Source: Chrysomallon squamiferum | Taxonomy: Eukaryota > Animalia > Mollusca | NCBI GenBank assembly: GCA_012295275.1 | Contig: CM022678.1 | Coordinates: forward strand, 8,990,001-9,054,000 | Length of the DNA stretch: 64,000 nt | Direction of reading: 5' to 3' | Shown here: positions 1 to 11,579 of the stretch, piece after piece | Layout of the letters: each line of letters starts with the position of its first letter | How positions within the stretch are numbered: position 1 is the first letter of the stretch | Position numbers and translations under genes: made by a program | Notes under the pieces: generated by a model | Seen by the model: only the letters and a program-made list of their open reading frames with translations | Told to the model about the DNA's origin: nothing | The model's database searches: none

Positions 1-22
1 ATTTATTTATTTATCTACTCAG

Positions 23-466
23 ATGAGGCACCCACCAATCAGAATCAGACCAGTGAGTTGTCCACTTTCTTGGTTAATGTCGTGTCAAAGTTTTGCCGAT
101 GAGCAGCTCAATTTTGGTGACCTTGAGCCCCACAGACACTGCAGCCGACCATGTTGAACTACAGCGATTCTGACAGCAAGATGTTGAAGAGTGTCACACC
201 AGGTGACCAATCTCAACAGTTAAATGTCAGTGATCATGGAGAAAAACTTGAACCTTTAATGTCAGCTGAGCTAAAACCAGGCAAAGAAAAACACTTAAAT
301 CATTCAAAAGCAGAGGAAAGAGACGAGACTCCCAGAAAGAGGACAACATCTCCAACAAAGCCTAGGAAACCTCCTCAAACATCACCCGTCACAGCTGATG
401 TATTTACAGTCAAGGGGAGATAACTGGAAGCCACTGTTTCTCTGAATCCCAACACCAGATGAACCA
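23..466 (+). pseudogene. AG/GT-bounded pseudo-exon encoding a Ser/Pro/Lys-rich peptide (copy 1)
   Basis: ctcAG acceptor at 21-22 and GTAAGT donor at 467. Contains the 90-aa ORF 151-423, but the exon as a whole has stops or frameshifts in every frame I translated. Confidence 0.55.
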
Positions 467-1944
467 GTAAGTGTCATTTCAGTGTCTGATACTCCACTAA
501 CAAAGAAAATGTATTGGTTTATTAAATAATATGTATATTTGTTCATTTACACAGGATTAGAATTTCCTGGTGTATGTTTCTGTAATATGAAAAGTAAAGT
601 AATGTATGATCTCTAAAATTTCAAATAGTAGAGAAATAATTGTCTTATAGTCAGGAAATTTTAGATTTTTATTGTTAAAAAGGTTATTTAAATATTTTAT
701 GTTGAGAAATATATAATTAGATAAAACTTTTTAACTATAACCATTTATTTTATTTGTATTCATGTATTTTGTTATATGCTTATACAACTCAATTTTTTCT
801 ATGTTCAGTATTTCAGAAACTGTGACTGCTTGTTGCTGAAAGTGGAAATCCCTCTTCAGCATTTTGATGTGCTATTGGTGATGTGATGTCTTTTCTGATT
901 TATTTTTTCTTTTCATAGATTCCAATTTTGTTTTATCAAAAAGAAACCTGTGAGGATTATCTAAAACAGCTGAAATCACTTTCCTCTGGTATGTAGCAAC
1001 AGTTTTATTTCTCTCTAACTTTTATAAGGAATTTAATGTATTTATGAAATAATTAAGTAGCCTAAAATTGTCACGTATTGGGGAAAATAATTAAAAAATG
1101 AAAAGAAAAAATCATGAAAAAAATCTTTATTATTAGACAGGGTCCTTCATTAAATGGATTATTTATTTATTTATGATTTCAGTTTATTGTTTTTCTTGTT
1201 ACTGTCATCATTATTATTATTATAACTTATTTATCTGTTTTTAATCATCATTATCATTATTGTTATTTACATTTTATTATTGTTATTATTATAAACATTT
1301 GTTTTATGGCTTCTGTGATGATGGCTAAATATGATTGTTTTTAAAATTTCAGTGTATCACATATTTTTGTAATTTCACACAGTTCTCTGGTGTGAGACAC
1401 TACAAGTCTACCTGACTGTGAAGATTTCTGGTGAAACATTGGCTGACTACAATCTGAACAAACTGGAGGAAGGATCCCAGCTCTGTTATAAAATCTTCAT
1501 TTACATCAGGTACTGCCCTTTTTATTACACCTTGTTGTATTTGATTTAGATTATTGAGAAAAATGGTTTTAATGTTATTCTATTGACAAAGATAACAGTA
1601 AAATGATAGCAGCAATTCATCTGGTGACACAACATTTATGAATGTTGTATTTTGATACAGATTTTAAAAATAGTTTTAACATAAAATATTATAAATGGCT
1701 GTTTATTTTTATTATTTCTTTGTTATTCTTATTATCTCATTTAAAAGGGTATACCTGTCCAATCAAAGAATTAGTTTTTAATTGTGTTCATGACAGTAAC
1801 TTGCTTTTCAAAAGAAAAGTGAATTTTTGCAATTATAATATATTGGGTTTTAGAGTCAACTGTTAATTGAGATATTTCACATTCCACTGTGCATGTGCCC
1901 ATTGCCGGGTAATTCAAGGATGCAAATTGTGAGATCTTGGCAAA

Positions 1945-2380
1945 ATAGCCCTACTTGCAAATTGGTGGGCAAAACCAATCATTCTGTAATGGGAGGCCAC
2001 GACCATTGTTCAGTTATCAACTGTTACAGTTGCAGACATCTATGTACAAGTATGTACATGTTTGTGTGAGTATGTGAGTAAAGGTACAATCTTCAATATA
2101 ACAATTATATGTTACTCAAAAATAAATGGTTTATATATAGAGTTGCTACTTTTTTGAGCATAAAGTATGTATACTTGTGCATGTTTCAACTAATTACACC
2201 TAACAATGTTTGTAGTAATTCTGTGGGGGAGGGGCAACTGCTACCCTTGATCTGGAACTGAATTGTTTTGAGAGGTGGTTTTTTCAATTATTCTGTGTGG
2301 GTGTGTGTAAACATACAGGCTCCCATTTTTGTAGGTGGGAGGATAGCAGGCTGGGTAACAGCATTTATGTGTATTAATAT

Positions 2381-2415
<35 letters not shown>

Positions 2416-2425
2416 GCACATTTAC

Positions 2426-2488
<63 letters not shown>

Positions 2489-2898
2489 ATACAACACTGA
2501 TACCTTTATAACCATCGATTCCAGGTAAACAAAAGTCAATGACAGACAGCATGGTCTTTTATGGTTTGTGGACTTAAGGCTTTCAACACATCCATCTGAG
2601 AAATATTTATAACTTTTCAAACTTAAACATTCATGTGAAATCCCTATCAAATGTTTGGTTTGTAATTTTTAATCTGGTTTTATCAAAACACTTGTGTACA
2701 AGTCATAGAGACTTTGTTCAAGTTGTTGCACTGGTTTTTAATTTGAACCATTCCAATGTGAATTTCAGCAGACCTTTTCTACAGCCATTCTACCATCTAA
2801 TTCAAAACTTGTACATGTTAGTTGTCAAAGTTTAAAGTTTGAAGCTAGTCATGTCACCCATAACAACCTGTCACACCCCTAATTTGTAAATAGACTAG
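1945..2898. mobile_element. ISL2EU/PHIS-like internally deleted DNA transposon, copy 1 (THAP region disrupted, (TA)/(GT)/(GA) tracts inside)
   Basis: Plus strand MGGHDHCSVINC at 1989; minus strand LSLKSYKYFSDGCVE (ORF 2288-2650); degenerate inverted termini AGCCCTACTTGCAAATT / AATTTGTAAATAGACT. Confidence 0.5.
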
Positions 2899-2929
2899 TT
2901 TGAGTCTGTTTTGTTGTGTCAATTAAAAA

Positions 2930-3120
2930 AGAGGAAATGTCATGGAATATGAAAAAAGGGGTAATTAGTCTTTTTTTACAATAAAAACAGAGATAAAGCA
3001 GACCTTAAAAATTTCAGACCTATTAGTCCTTTAAATGTAGAGTATAAAATTATATCTAAAATTCTTGCTAATCGTGTTAAACAGGTTATGTCGACTATTA
3101 TTTCATCAGTACAAAGCTGT
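2930..3120 (+). mobile_element. Tx1-clade LINE RT fragment
   Basis: Reads DLKNFRPISPLNVEYKIISKILANRVKQVMSTII (start of the RT domain); matches 60235-60430. Confidence 0.85.
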
Positions 3121-3234
3121 CACTTTACTTAATATATAATAAATGCAATTTATGCAATTAATTCCATATCAGTAATATTATTATTTTTATTTAGAAATGC
3201 TATTATTTTTATTTAGAAACTCTTTTACTTGCAG

Positions 3235-3417
3235 ACACTGCCTGTGTGATTCTCAGCTTGAAAGAGTCTGACATTTTATCTCATGTTGAGAATGTCGTCA
3301 GTAATACTAATAGTAACCATAGAAACAGATTCCAGTCAGAATATTTTTGTCAGCAGTTCCTACAATTCCTAGATGTGTTGAGAAGAAAACATGAAACATC
3401 AATAGTGGGAAAAAAAG
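3235..3417 (+). pseudogene. Isolated open-frame exon of an unidentified gene (paralog ~60843-61026)
   Basis: ttgcAG acceptor and AG|GTAAGT donor; open frame TACVILSLKESDILSHVEN...FCQQFLQFLDVLRRKH in both copies. Confidence 0.45.
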
Positions 3418-3629
3418 GTAAGTTCTTTTTGAATAATATTATTTATTCTTGTTAGAAAATTACATTTTACAGGAAATAAGAAAATTTAACACATAACATG
3501 AACTGAAATTTATTTTAACTGGATAAATAAGTTATATAAAAACTTTCATAATGAAGATGTCGTCATAATGAAGCTGTAGGGTATTTATTTATTTATTTAT
3601 TTCATCTATTTCGTGTGATCCTTTGTGGT

Positions 3630-4920
3630 TTTTGCCAGGGATCAGCAATGGTCAGAGTTGTTGTAGTGATTTCCACCAGAATAGCTAAATGGGTTATATC
3701 ACTGTGTACATTTCATTGTTGTGTGTGACATTTCTGACACTGTCCACACTTAGGTAGCTGCATCAAAAACCAGATTATTCTTGTTCTTTGGCTTGGAGGT
3801 CACGTCGAGATGTTTTGTCTTTGTCACACAGTGTTGCAGTGTGGACTTTGAAATACTCAGAGTCTTTGTCACACAGTGTTGCAGTGTGGACTTTGAAATA
3901 CTCAGAGTCTTTGTCACACAGTGTTGCAGTGTGGACTTTGAAATACTCAGAGTCTTTGTCACACAGTGTTGCAGTGTGGACTTTGAAATACTCAGAGTCT
4001 TTGTCACACAGTGTTGCAGTGTGGACTTTGAAATACTCAGAGTCTTTGTCACACAGTGTTGCAGTGTGGACTTTGAAATACTCAGAGTCTTTGTCACACA
4101 GTGTTGCAGTGTGGACTTTGAAATACTCAGAGTCTTTGTCACACAGTGTTGCAGTGTGGACTTTGAAATACTCAGAGTCTTTGTCACACAGTGTTGCAGT
4201 GTGGACTTTGAAATACTCAGAGTCTTTGTCACACAGTGTTGCAGTGTGGACTTTGAAATACTCAGAGTCTTTGTCACACAGTGTTGCAGTGTGGACTTTG
4301 AAATACTCAGTCTTTGTCACACAGTGTTGCAGTGTGGACTTTGAAATACTCAGAGTCTTTGTCACACAGTGTTGCAGTGTGGACTTTGAAATACTCAGAG
4401 TCTTTGTCACACAGTGTTGCAGTGTGGACTTTGAAATACTCAGAGTCTTTGTCACACAGTGTTGCAGTGTGGACTTTGAAATACTCAGAGTCTTTGTCAC
4501 ACAGTGTTGCAGTGTGGACTTTGAAATACTCAGAGTCTTTGTCACACAGTGTTGCAGTGTGGACTTTGAAATACTCAGAGTCTTTGTCACACAGTGTTGC
4601 AGTGTGGACTTTGAAATACTCAGAGTCTTTGTCACACAGTGTTGCAGTGTGGACTTTGAAATACTCAGAGTCTTTGTCACACAGTGTTGCAGTGTGGACT
4701 TTGAAATACTCAGAGTCTTTGTCACACAGTGCTGCAGTGTGGACTTTGAAATACTCAGAGTCTTTGTCACACAGTGCTGCAGTGTGGACTTTGAAATACT
4801 CAGAGTCTTTGCTGAATCTCACAACATCTTCAGACATTTGTCCAGTGTGTCTGTGTAAAACTATATGAAAACAGATTTTTATTCAGCAGCTCCTTTGTCT
4901 TGAACTTGTACATTTAGTGC
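3630..4920 (-). mobile_element. Decayed pogo/CENP-B-like (DDE_1-type) transposase N-terminus interrupted by the 45-bp minisatellite
   Basis: Minus-strand motifs in the expected order across frameshifts: GQMS..KTLSISKSTLQHCV (psq-like HTH), EQE, LSVDSVR, NPF, WWKS, LTI.DP. Confidence 0.5.
3817..4811. repeat. 45-bp minisatellite, 22 near-identical copies
   Basis: Unit GTCTTTGTCACACAGTGTTGCAGTGTGGACTTTGAAATACTCAGA; one 2-bp deletion at ~4310; T>C variant in the last two units. Confidence 0.98.
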
Positions 4921-5024
4921 TGTTTATACTTCTGTACTGATTGATTAGTTTCTGCCATGTTTATAGATCAGAAAGTACATGAACTGGATCTTTATTTCCA
5001 GTTTTGTATTTCAATTTATTGCTG

Positions 5025-5055
<31 letters not shown>

Positions 5056-6824
5056 TAGTAAATGCATTTTGCATGTGCTCATATGTATGTGATAATTAAT
5101 ACTCTGATTTCAAACTAAAACTGAAGAGTAAATTCTAGATATATTAATTACTTCATAATTTTAGTTAACATCACAAAATTGTAAATGAAAAAAAACAACT
5201 CTGGAAATCTTTGTAATTGTATAAATACTTTAATCCTAGGATTAAATTAATTTTGTGTTTGAGAATCTATTTTCCCACAGGAATCTAGGACAGTATTTTC
5301 CAAATTAAACAGTTTTAAAAATATTTTCATGTTATTATTGAATTGTTTTTATCAATTATTATTCTTAATATGTTAATTCTGTTTTTCAGCTGCAGTAACA
5401 CAAAAGTCAGGCAGCTGAAATTCTTGATTCTCTGGACTGCCTCTGAAATCCTGGTGATCTTCTCAAAGAGGAGAAATGTGAGTGGTTTAGGAAAATGTTG
5501 TCTTGGTGTTTCTAATTCTGCAGTACAGGTAGCTGTGATCCCTTCCTCATTACCTCTCAGTAGTTATGTTGTTGGGTTTTTTTGTTGTTGTTGTTGTTGT
5601 TGTTTTTATTCATGGTAGTCTTTTTTCTTTTGGATGACGTGAAACTAAAGTTGAAATTGAGACTTGTTTCTGACTCGCATGTGGTTTGTGTCTGCTAAAA
5701 AAAAACATTTTTTTTTTTTTATTCTGTATTTACTATTGAACGAGAACAGATAATATTGAATTCACTGATAAGAAATGTTCACTTACTAATAATGTTTATG
5801 ATATCAAGGCAGACATCAAATGAAATATCGATACGGATTGTAATGTTTATATCAGTTTTCATTTTCTTAAACAATAACTGAATAAGAATTTAAAAATATA
5901 TATATATATTGTTTTGTTATTTATATATTTATTTGTTATTAACACTGAACAGTCTATGCATTTTTCATTATCAGTAATAGAAAATATATAAATATTGATT
6001 TTGTTTCATAAAAAAACTATGAAAACTTATTTTTAAAAAACATGTAGTGCTATAAGAAGCATGAAGAAGATGTATTTTCCACAGAAACACATGAAAAATA
6101 TCAAATAAACCCACTTTTAATAATCAACAGTGAAACAGTAAATTAAGTAAAATATTCATTTTTCACAGTGACATACACTGAATTTTTTATTTTTTATGAT
6201 TATTATTATTATTATTTGTTTTTTTATGTTGTTCTTGCTTCTTTTTCAAAGTTTTTGGAAGCAGCACATTAAATTTCAGTTTTCACTTTATAAAGAGCTC
6301 AGGGCATAATGAGATGTGAACATTAATGTTTTTTTTTGTTTTTCAATTAAAAATGAAGAAGTGAGAAGACCTGAAATTAAGGAGATGTTTTATTATTTAC
6401 ACACAGTCTGATGGTGAAAAGAAGAGGTGTAAAGGTTACACCAACTTTTATTGTAAACAAGAAGCCAAGTAGACATGAAGAAATATGGATGGGTTTCCAG
6501 GTAAGCGCCCTTTTTAAATAAATGTATTAGGGTGAAGGTATAAATGAATACCAGATAATTAAATGTGAGAGGTAGTTTAAAAAGAAGCTCATTGTATATT
6601 GAAAATTTAAGGGTTTTTAACTTTAATAATAAATTAAAAAAGTATCCAGTAACAGATGCACAGATGGATAGAAAGACAGATGATGGATTGATACACTGAT
6701 TATACAGACTGCATGAAAAACAGAGTCAGAAGGTTGATCAGTAGTCATAGTTAGGCAGGTGATAAGAAAATGGAATAATAAAATACACACAGACAGACAG
6801 ACAGACAGACAGACACTGCAAACC

Positions 6825-7385
6825 TTTATTACAGCAGTTCAAACTTGTGTAACATCTTGAGTTGCACAAAAGAAATTGTTGTTGAAACATTTTGTTTGAC
6901 ACTTTTTTTCACTTCACAGTTTCATTTCACAAACTCTTGTCCTCCTGCAGTGGACTCCTTTGACAGCCTGATCTAAGAGACGTCATGAGACAACAGCTGT
7001 CTCTGGAGACACACATCAAACTGGCTCCTGTCACCGGGTGACAGCTGGTCAGGTTCCGAGTTGGGTGACAGCTGGTCAGGTTCCGAGTTGGGCGACAGCT
7101 GGTCAGGTTCCGAGTTGGGTGACAGCTGGTCAGGTTTCGAGTTGGGTGACAGCTGGTCAGGTTCCGAGTTGGGTGACAGCTGGTCAAGCTTGGTGTTGGG
7201 TGACAGCTGGTCAGGTTTTGAGTTGGGTGACAGCTGGTCAAGCTTGGTGTTGGGTGACAGCTGGTCAGGTTCCGAGTTGGGTGACAGCTGGTCAGGTAAG
7301 ACGGTTGCTAAAGTGGATGTTGCTTGGTGTAGCTCGAGCTCTTCCTGAATTGAAAAAACTTGATGCCTACACCCAGTTCCTTGTG
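6825..7385 (-). mobile_element. C-terminus of a KRBA2/SCAND3-like integrase (Ginger2-type DNA transposon), decayed
   Basis: Minus strand across frameshifts: RSQFDVC.QRQLLSHDV...GGQEFVK*NC..KCQTKCFNNN..LCNSRCYTSLNCCNK, matching the Cys-rich tail I recall for KRBA2-like integrases (GGQGF.KCNC...C.KNN.LCNSRCH.SLSC.NK). Confidence 0.75.
7036..7297. repeat. 27-bp minisatellite, ~10 copies
   Basis: Unit GGGTGACAGCTGGTCAGGTTCCGAGTT; the array ends in CAG|GTAAGA. Confidence 0.97.
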
Positions 7386-7800
7386 TCTTTGATGTAACAA
7401 TAACAGTACCTCTAATCCCTACTATATAACTTGTCTTTGATGTAACAATAACTGTACCTCTAATCCCTACCACATAACTTGTCTTTGATGTAATATATAA
7501 CTTGTCTTTGATGTAACAATAACAGTACCTCTAATCCCTACCACATAACTGGTCTTTGATGTAATATATAACTGGTCTTTGATGTAAAAATAACAGTACC
7601 TCTAATCCCTACCACATAACTTGTCTTTGATGTAACAATAACAGTACCTCTAATCCCTACTATATAACTGGTCTTTGATGTAACAATAACAGTACCTCTA
7701 ATCCCTACTATATAACTTGTCTTTGATGTAACAATAACAGTACCTCTAATCCTTACCATATAACTTGTCTTTGATGTAATATATAACTGGTCTTTGATGA
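7385..7800. repeat. 48-bp minisatellite with interspersed 23-bp subunits (paralog 28492-28761)
   Basis: Unit GTCTTTGATGTAACAATAACAGTACCTCTAATCCCTACTATATAACTT at 7385 and 7433; short unit at 7481-7503. Confidence 0.95.
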
Positions 7801-7924
7801 AAAAATAACTCAACCATTGATCCCTACAATGAACAGATGTAAGAAAGCACTGAACCCATTTGACTGTCAGTATTAAAATCACTGGTCTTTGATGTAAGAA
7901 TAACACAATAAAGCAACATTGCTC

Positions 7925-8230
7925 TGAAGAAGACTGTAAATAAGACTGGGAGATATAGGAATACTGAGAGAGCAGAAAGAATATGTCTATTATGTATAAC
8001 AGTGGTGAAACTGAAGATGTAATTGAAAATAACATCATTTGGGAAAATATTTATTTAAAGCATTTCAGTGTAGAAAAGTTTTGATTTGTTAGACATAGTT
8101 TATCTGCTATTAATATTCTCCAAAGTATTATCATACTGTCACTATTGGTAATTCTTGTTTTCTTCTTATTATTATTGACATTGTATATCAATAAGCTGTA
8201 AAGCTTAGAATAATAAAGAATTGAATTGAG
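7925..8230 (+). mobile_element. 3' end of a non-LTR retrotransposon (RTE-X/L2-type); paralog 28765-29070
   Basis: KTGRYRNTERAERICLLC..SGETED resembles the ETGRY...R.ERIC..C...ED C-terminal zinc knuckle; ends in an AATAAAGAATTGAATTGA tail. Confidence 0.7.
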
Positions 8231-8313
8231 CCACTAATGATGTTGCAAAGCCTTAAACCTGCTTGACTGATTGTCTGAATTACTGTCAGTCAAACAACAC
8301 CATGGAAAATCCA

Positions 8314-8455
8314 GTCATTTGCCTAATTCCTGGATTATTTTGTCATTTGCCTAATTCCTGGAACTTTTAGTCTTTTGCCCAATTCCTGGAACTTTTAGTC
8401 TTTTGCCCAATTCCTGTAAATTTTAGTCATTTACCCAATTCCTGGAAATTTTAAT
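8314..8455. repeat. 28-bp minisatellite x5 (x7 at 29154-29350)
   Basis: Unit GTCATTTGCCCAATTCCTGGAACTTTTA. Confidence 0.9.
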
Positions 8456-9186
8456 CATTAGGCCTAATTTCTGATGGTTTTGGGTGTTAGGTAAATGACT
8501 AGTTTGACATATTGACTGTAACATATATATGCATCTGTAAGAATGTTTTATTCTATTTTTTTGAGTGTGTTTATAGATGGAAAGACATACAGAAAAATAG
8601 ATACGTAAGGTAGTTACGTAGACATTGATGTGTAGGTAACTAGTGAGATGCATTGATCATACATGGATGGTTACTGATGGATCAGAATATTGAATAGAGG
8701 AATAAGATAGATACATAGATAGTATATGTGTGTATAAATTATTCTAAAATCTGATCAAGTAATAACCTAAAAAAAAAAAAAAAAAAATAAAAATATAAAT
8801 AAAACTATTTTAATATTTAATATAATTATAAAATCTGATATAGTAATAACTACAAAAACAACAGTAATAAAAAATTTTAATATAATATTTAATACAATGT
8901 TGAGATATTTCTTTTTTAATAAAAGCAAACAAAACAACAAAACATTTTAATATAAAGAATGTATAATGTCAGTTATTAGGCCATACTTTAAAAAATGTAT
9001 TAACTGAATATTTTTACTTTATTACACTGATTACTTGGGTACACTATTTCAAATTTAAAAAAACTAAAATAAAAAGTAAAATAAAAAGTAAAATAAAAAT
9101 GGGTAAGTCTGACACACATTTCCTTGTGCAGCCTCCAGTCTACCCACATTCCCTGAAAACAGAGTTTTATTTAAAATACATAACAA

Positions 9187-9233
9187 ATAGCCATGACAAC
9201 CTGTAAATGAAATATATGTGTTGCCATGGTGAC
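9187..9233. promoter_or_regulatory. Pair of RFX X-box-like motifs (paralog 30392-30438)
   Basis: ATAGCCATG(A/G)CAAC and GTTGCCATGGTGAC resemble the X-box palindrome GTTGCCATGGCAAC. Confidence 0.35.
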
Positions 9234-9647
9234 TAAAAACAGTATGTATTGTAAAGATCTGTATTATTTGGTTTACAGCCATGGCTGGACTCAGATAGCA
9301 CAGATGCTATAAGTTAAATACAAACTATCATCAACTAATGAGTTTGTTTGTAATGTACTGAAACTCATATTTGATCTATCAAATTAAAATATATAAACAG
9401 TTAACAAAATATTAGCTGTACAGAAATATGTTAACTTTCTTAAAAAATACAATTTGATTTCATAAGACTTATTTCAAACTGATAAATTATGCAAATACAT
9501 TTCACATGAAAGTATTGACATCCTTTGATCAGACATTTTATTTTTACATTTCTTTGAGAAATATGATAAAGTCAAAATGCAACATGCTTGATTCTGTTTT
9601 CTTCACATCTGCTGTTGTTGCTGTAGTTGTTTCATCACCACTTTCTG

Positions 9648-11360
9648 CTGCTGTTCTCTTTAAGCTAGTTTCTGACTGAACTGTGTTTTCACTGACTGTG
9701 TTACTGCTGTTCTCTTTAAGCTAGTTTCTGACTGAACTGTGTTTTCACTGACTGTGTTACTGCTGTTCTCTTTAAGCCAGTTTCTGACTGAACTTTGTTT
9801 TCACTGACTGTGTTACAGGTGTTTTCACTGACTGTGTTACTGCTGTTCTCTTTAAGCTAGTTTCTGACTGAACTGTGTTTTCACTGACTGTGTTACTGCT
9901 GTTCTCTTTAAGCTAGTTTCTGACTGAACTGTGTTTTCACTGACTGTGTTACTGCTGTTCTCTTTAAGCTAGTTTCTGACTGAACTGTGTTTTCACTGAC
10001 TGTGTTACTGCTGTTCTCTTTAAGCTGGTTTCTGACTGAACTGTGTTTTCACTGACTGTTTTACTGGTGTTCTCTTTAAGCTAGTTTCTGACTGAACTGT
10101 GTTTTCACTGTTAATGTTACTGCTGTTCTCTTTAAGCTAGTTTCTGACTGAACTGTGTTTCCACTGACTGTGTTACTGCTGTTCTCTTTAAGCTAGTTTC
10201 TGACTGAACTGTGTTTTCACTGTCAATGTTACTGCTGTTCTCTTTAAGCTAGTTTCTGACTGAACTGTGTTTTCACTGTTAATGTTACTGCTGTTCTCTT
10301 TAAGCTAGTTTCTGACTGAACTGTGTTTCCACTGACTGTGTTACTGCTGTTCTCTTTAAGCTAGTTTCTGACTGAACTGTGTTTTTTCACTGACTGTTGT
10401 TTTGCTGTTCTCTTTAAGCTGGTTTCTGACTGAACTGTGTTTTCACTGATTGTTACTGCTGTTCTCTTTAAGCTGGTTTCTGACTGAACTGTGTTTTCAC
10501 TGACTGTGTTACTGCTGTTCTCTTTAAGCTGGTTTCTGACTGAACTGTGTTTTCACTGACTGTTAATGTTACTGCTGTTCTCTTTAAGCTAGTTTCTGAC
10601 TGAACTGTGTTTCCACTGACTGTGTTACTGCTGTTCTCTTTAAGCTAGTTTCTGACTGAACTGTGTTTTCACTGACTGTTACTGCTGTTCTCTTTAAGCT
10701 GGTTTCTGACTGAACTGTGTTTTCACTGACTGATTGTTACTGCTGTTCTCTTTAAGCTAGTTTCTGACTGAACTGTGTTTTCACTGACTGTGTTACTGCT
10801 GTTCTCTTTAAGCTAGTTTCTGACTGAACTGTGTTTTCACTGACTGTGTTACTGCTGTTCTCTTTAAGCTAGTTTCTGACTGAACTGTGTTTTCACTGTT
10901 ACTGGTGTTACTGCTGTTCTCTTTAAGCTAGTTTCTGACTGAACTGTGTTTTCACTGACTGTGTTACTGCTGTTCTCTTTAAGCTAGTTTCTGACTGAAC
11001 TGTGTTTTCACTGACTGTGTTACTGCTGTTCTCTTTAAGCTAGTTTCTGACTGAACTGTGTTTTCACTGACTGTTACTGCTGTTCTCTTTAAGCTGGTTT
11101 CTGACTGAACTGTGTTTTCACTGATTGTTACTGCTGTTCTCTTTAAGCTGGTTTCTGACTGAACTGTGTTTTCAGTGACTGACTGGTGTGTTACTGCTGT
11201 TCTCTTTAAGCTGGTTTCTGACTGAACTGTGTTTTCACTGACTGTGTTACTGCTGTTCTCTTTAAGCTGGTTTCTGACTGAACTGTGTTTTCACTGACTG
11301 TGTTACTGCTGTTCTCTTTAAGCTAGTTTCTGACTGAACTGTGTTTTCACTGACTGTTAT
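9648..11360. repeat. 56-bp minisatellite, ~30 copies (only ~2 at 30843-30960)
   Basis: Unit TAAGCTAGTTTCTGACTGAACTGTGTTTTCACTGACTGTGTTACTGCTGTTCTCTT, with period 56 (9661, 9717). Confidence 0.97.
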
Positions 11361-11579
11361 AGGTGTTTCCACTGACTGTGTTACTGGTGTTTTCTTTGAC
11401 TGTGTGAACTGTGTTTTCACTACAGGTGGTTTTTTTCTATCACTGCAGATGCTCTACCTCCATCATCTTTTTACCTACAAACTGTGATTTTTTATATGTT
11501 TCTTATCTCTTTACTGCACTGTGTTTCATTTTGTTGGTGTAATTATCTTTGTATGATGTGTGATGTGTTTTTTATGCTG

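Larger units (their letters stand above)
1..2915 (+). repeat. Segmental duplication block X, partial copy (paralogs 16835-20790 and 36250-39335)
   Basis: Shared unique anchors, e.g. AGATGAGGCA(C/T)CCACCAATCAGAATCAGACC at 21, 16855, 36270 and CACAGTTCTCTGGTGTGAGACAC at ~1378, ~19379, ~37953. Lacks the ~1 kb segment 17335-18335. Confidence 0.95.
2930..6810 (+). repeat. Segmental duplication block W (paralog 60230-63490)
   Basis: Colinear anchors, e.g. CAGCTTGAAAGAGTCTGACATTTTATCTC at ~3254 and ~60862, and GAAATATGGATGGGTTTCCAGGTAAG at ~6480 and ~63167. Confidence 0.95.

Noticed and set aside
3715-3765. Minus-strand KCGQCQKC resembling a CXXC zinc finger
   Set aside because: Followed quickly by a stop, lacks the rest of the motif, and is better explained as an alternative frame of the pogo-like remnant.
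3817-4811. CRISPR-like appearance of the regular arrays (also 9648-11360, 15466-16020, 44085-44860)
   Set aside because: Units are head-to-tail with no unique spacers, there are no cas-like ORFs, and the context is eukaryotic.
3750-4868. Long ORFs (175-356 aa) on both strands
   Set aside because: By-product of a 45-bp unit lacking stops in several frames; the paralog has a single unit.
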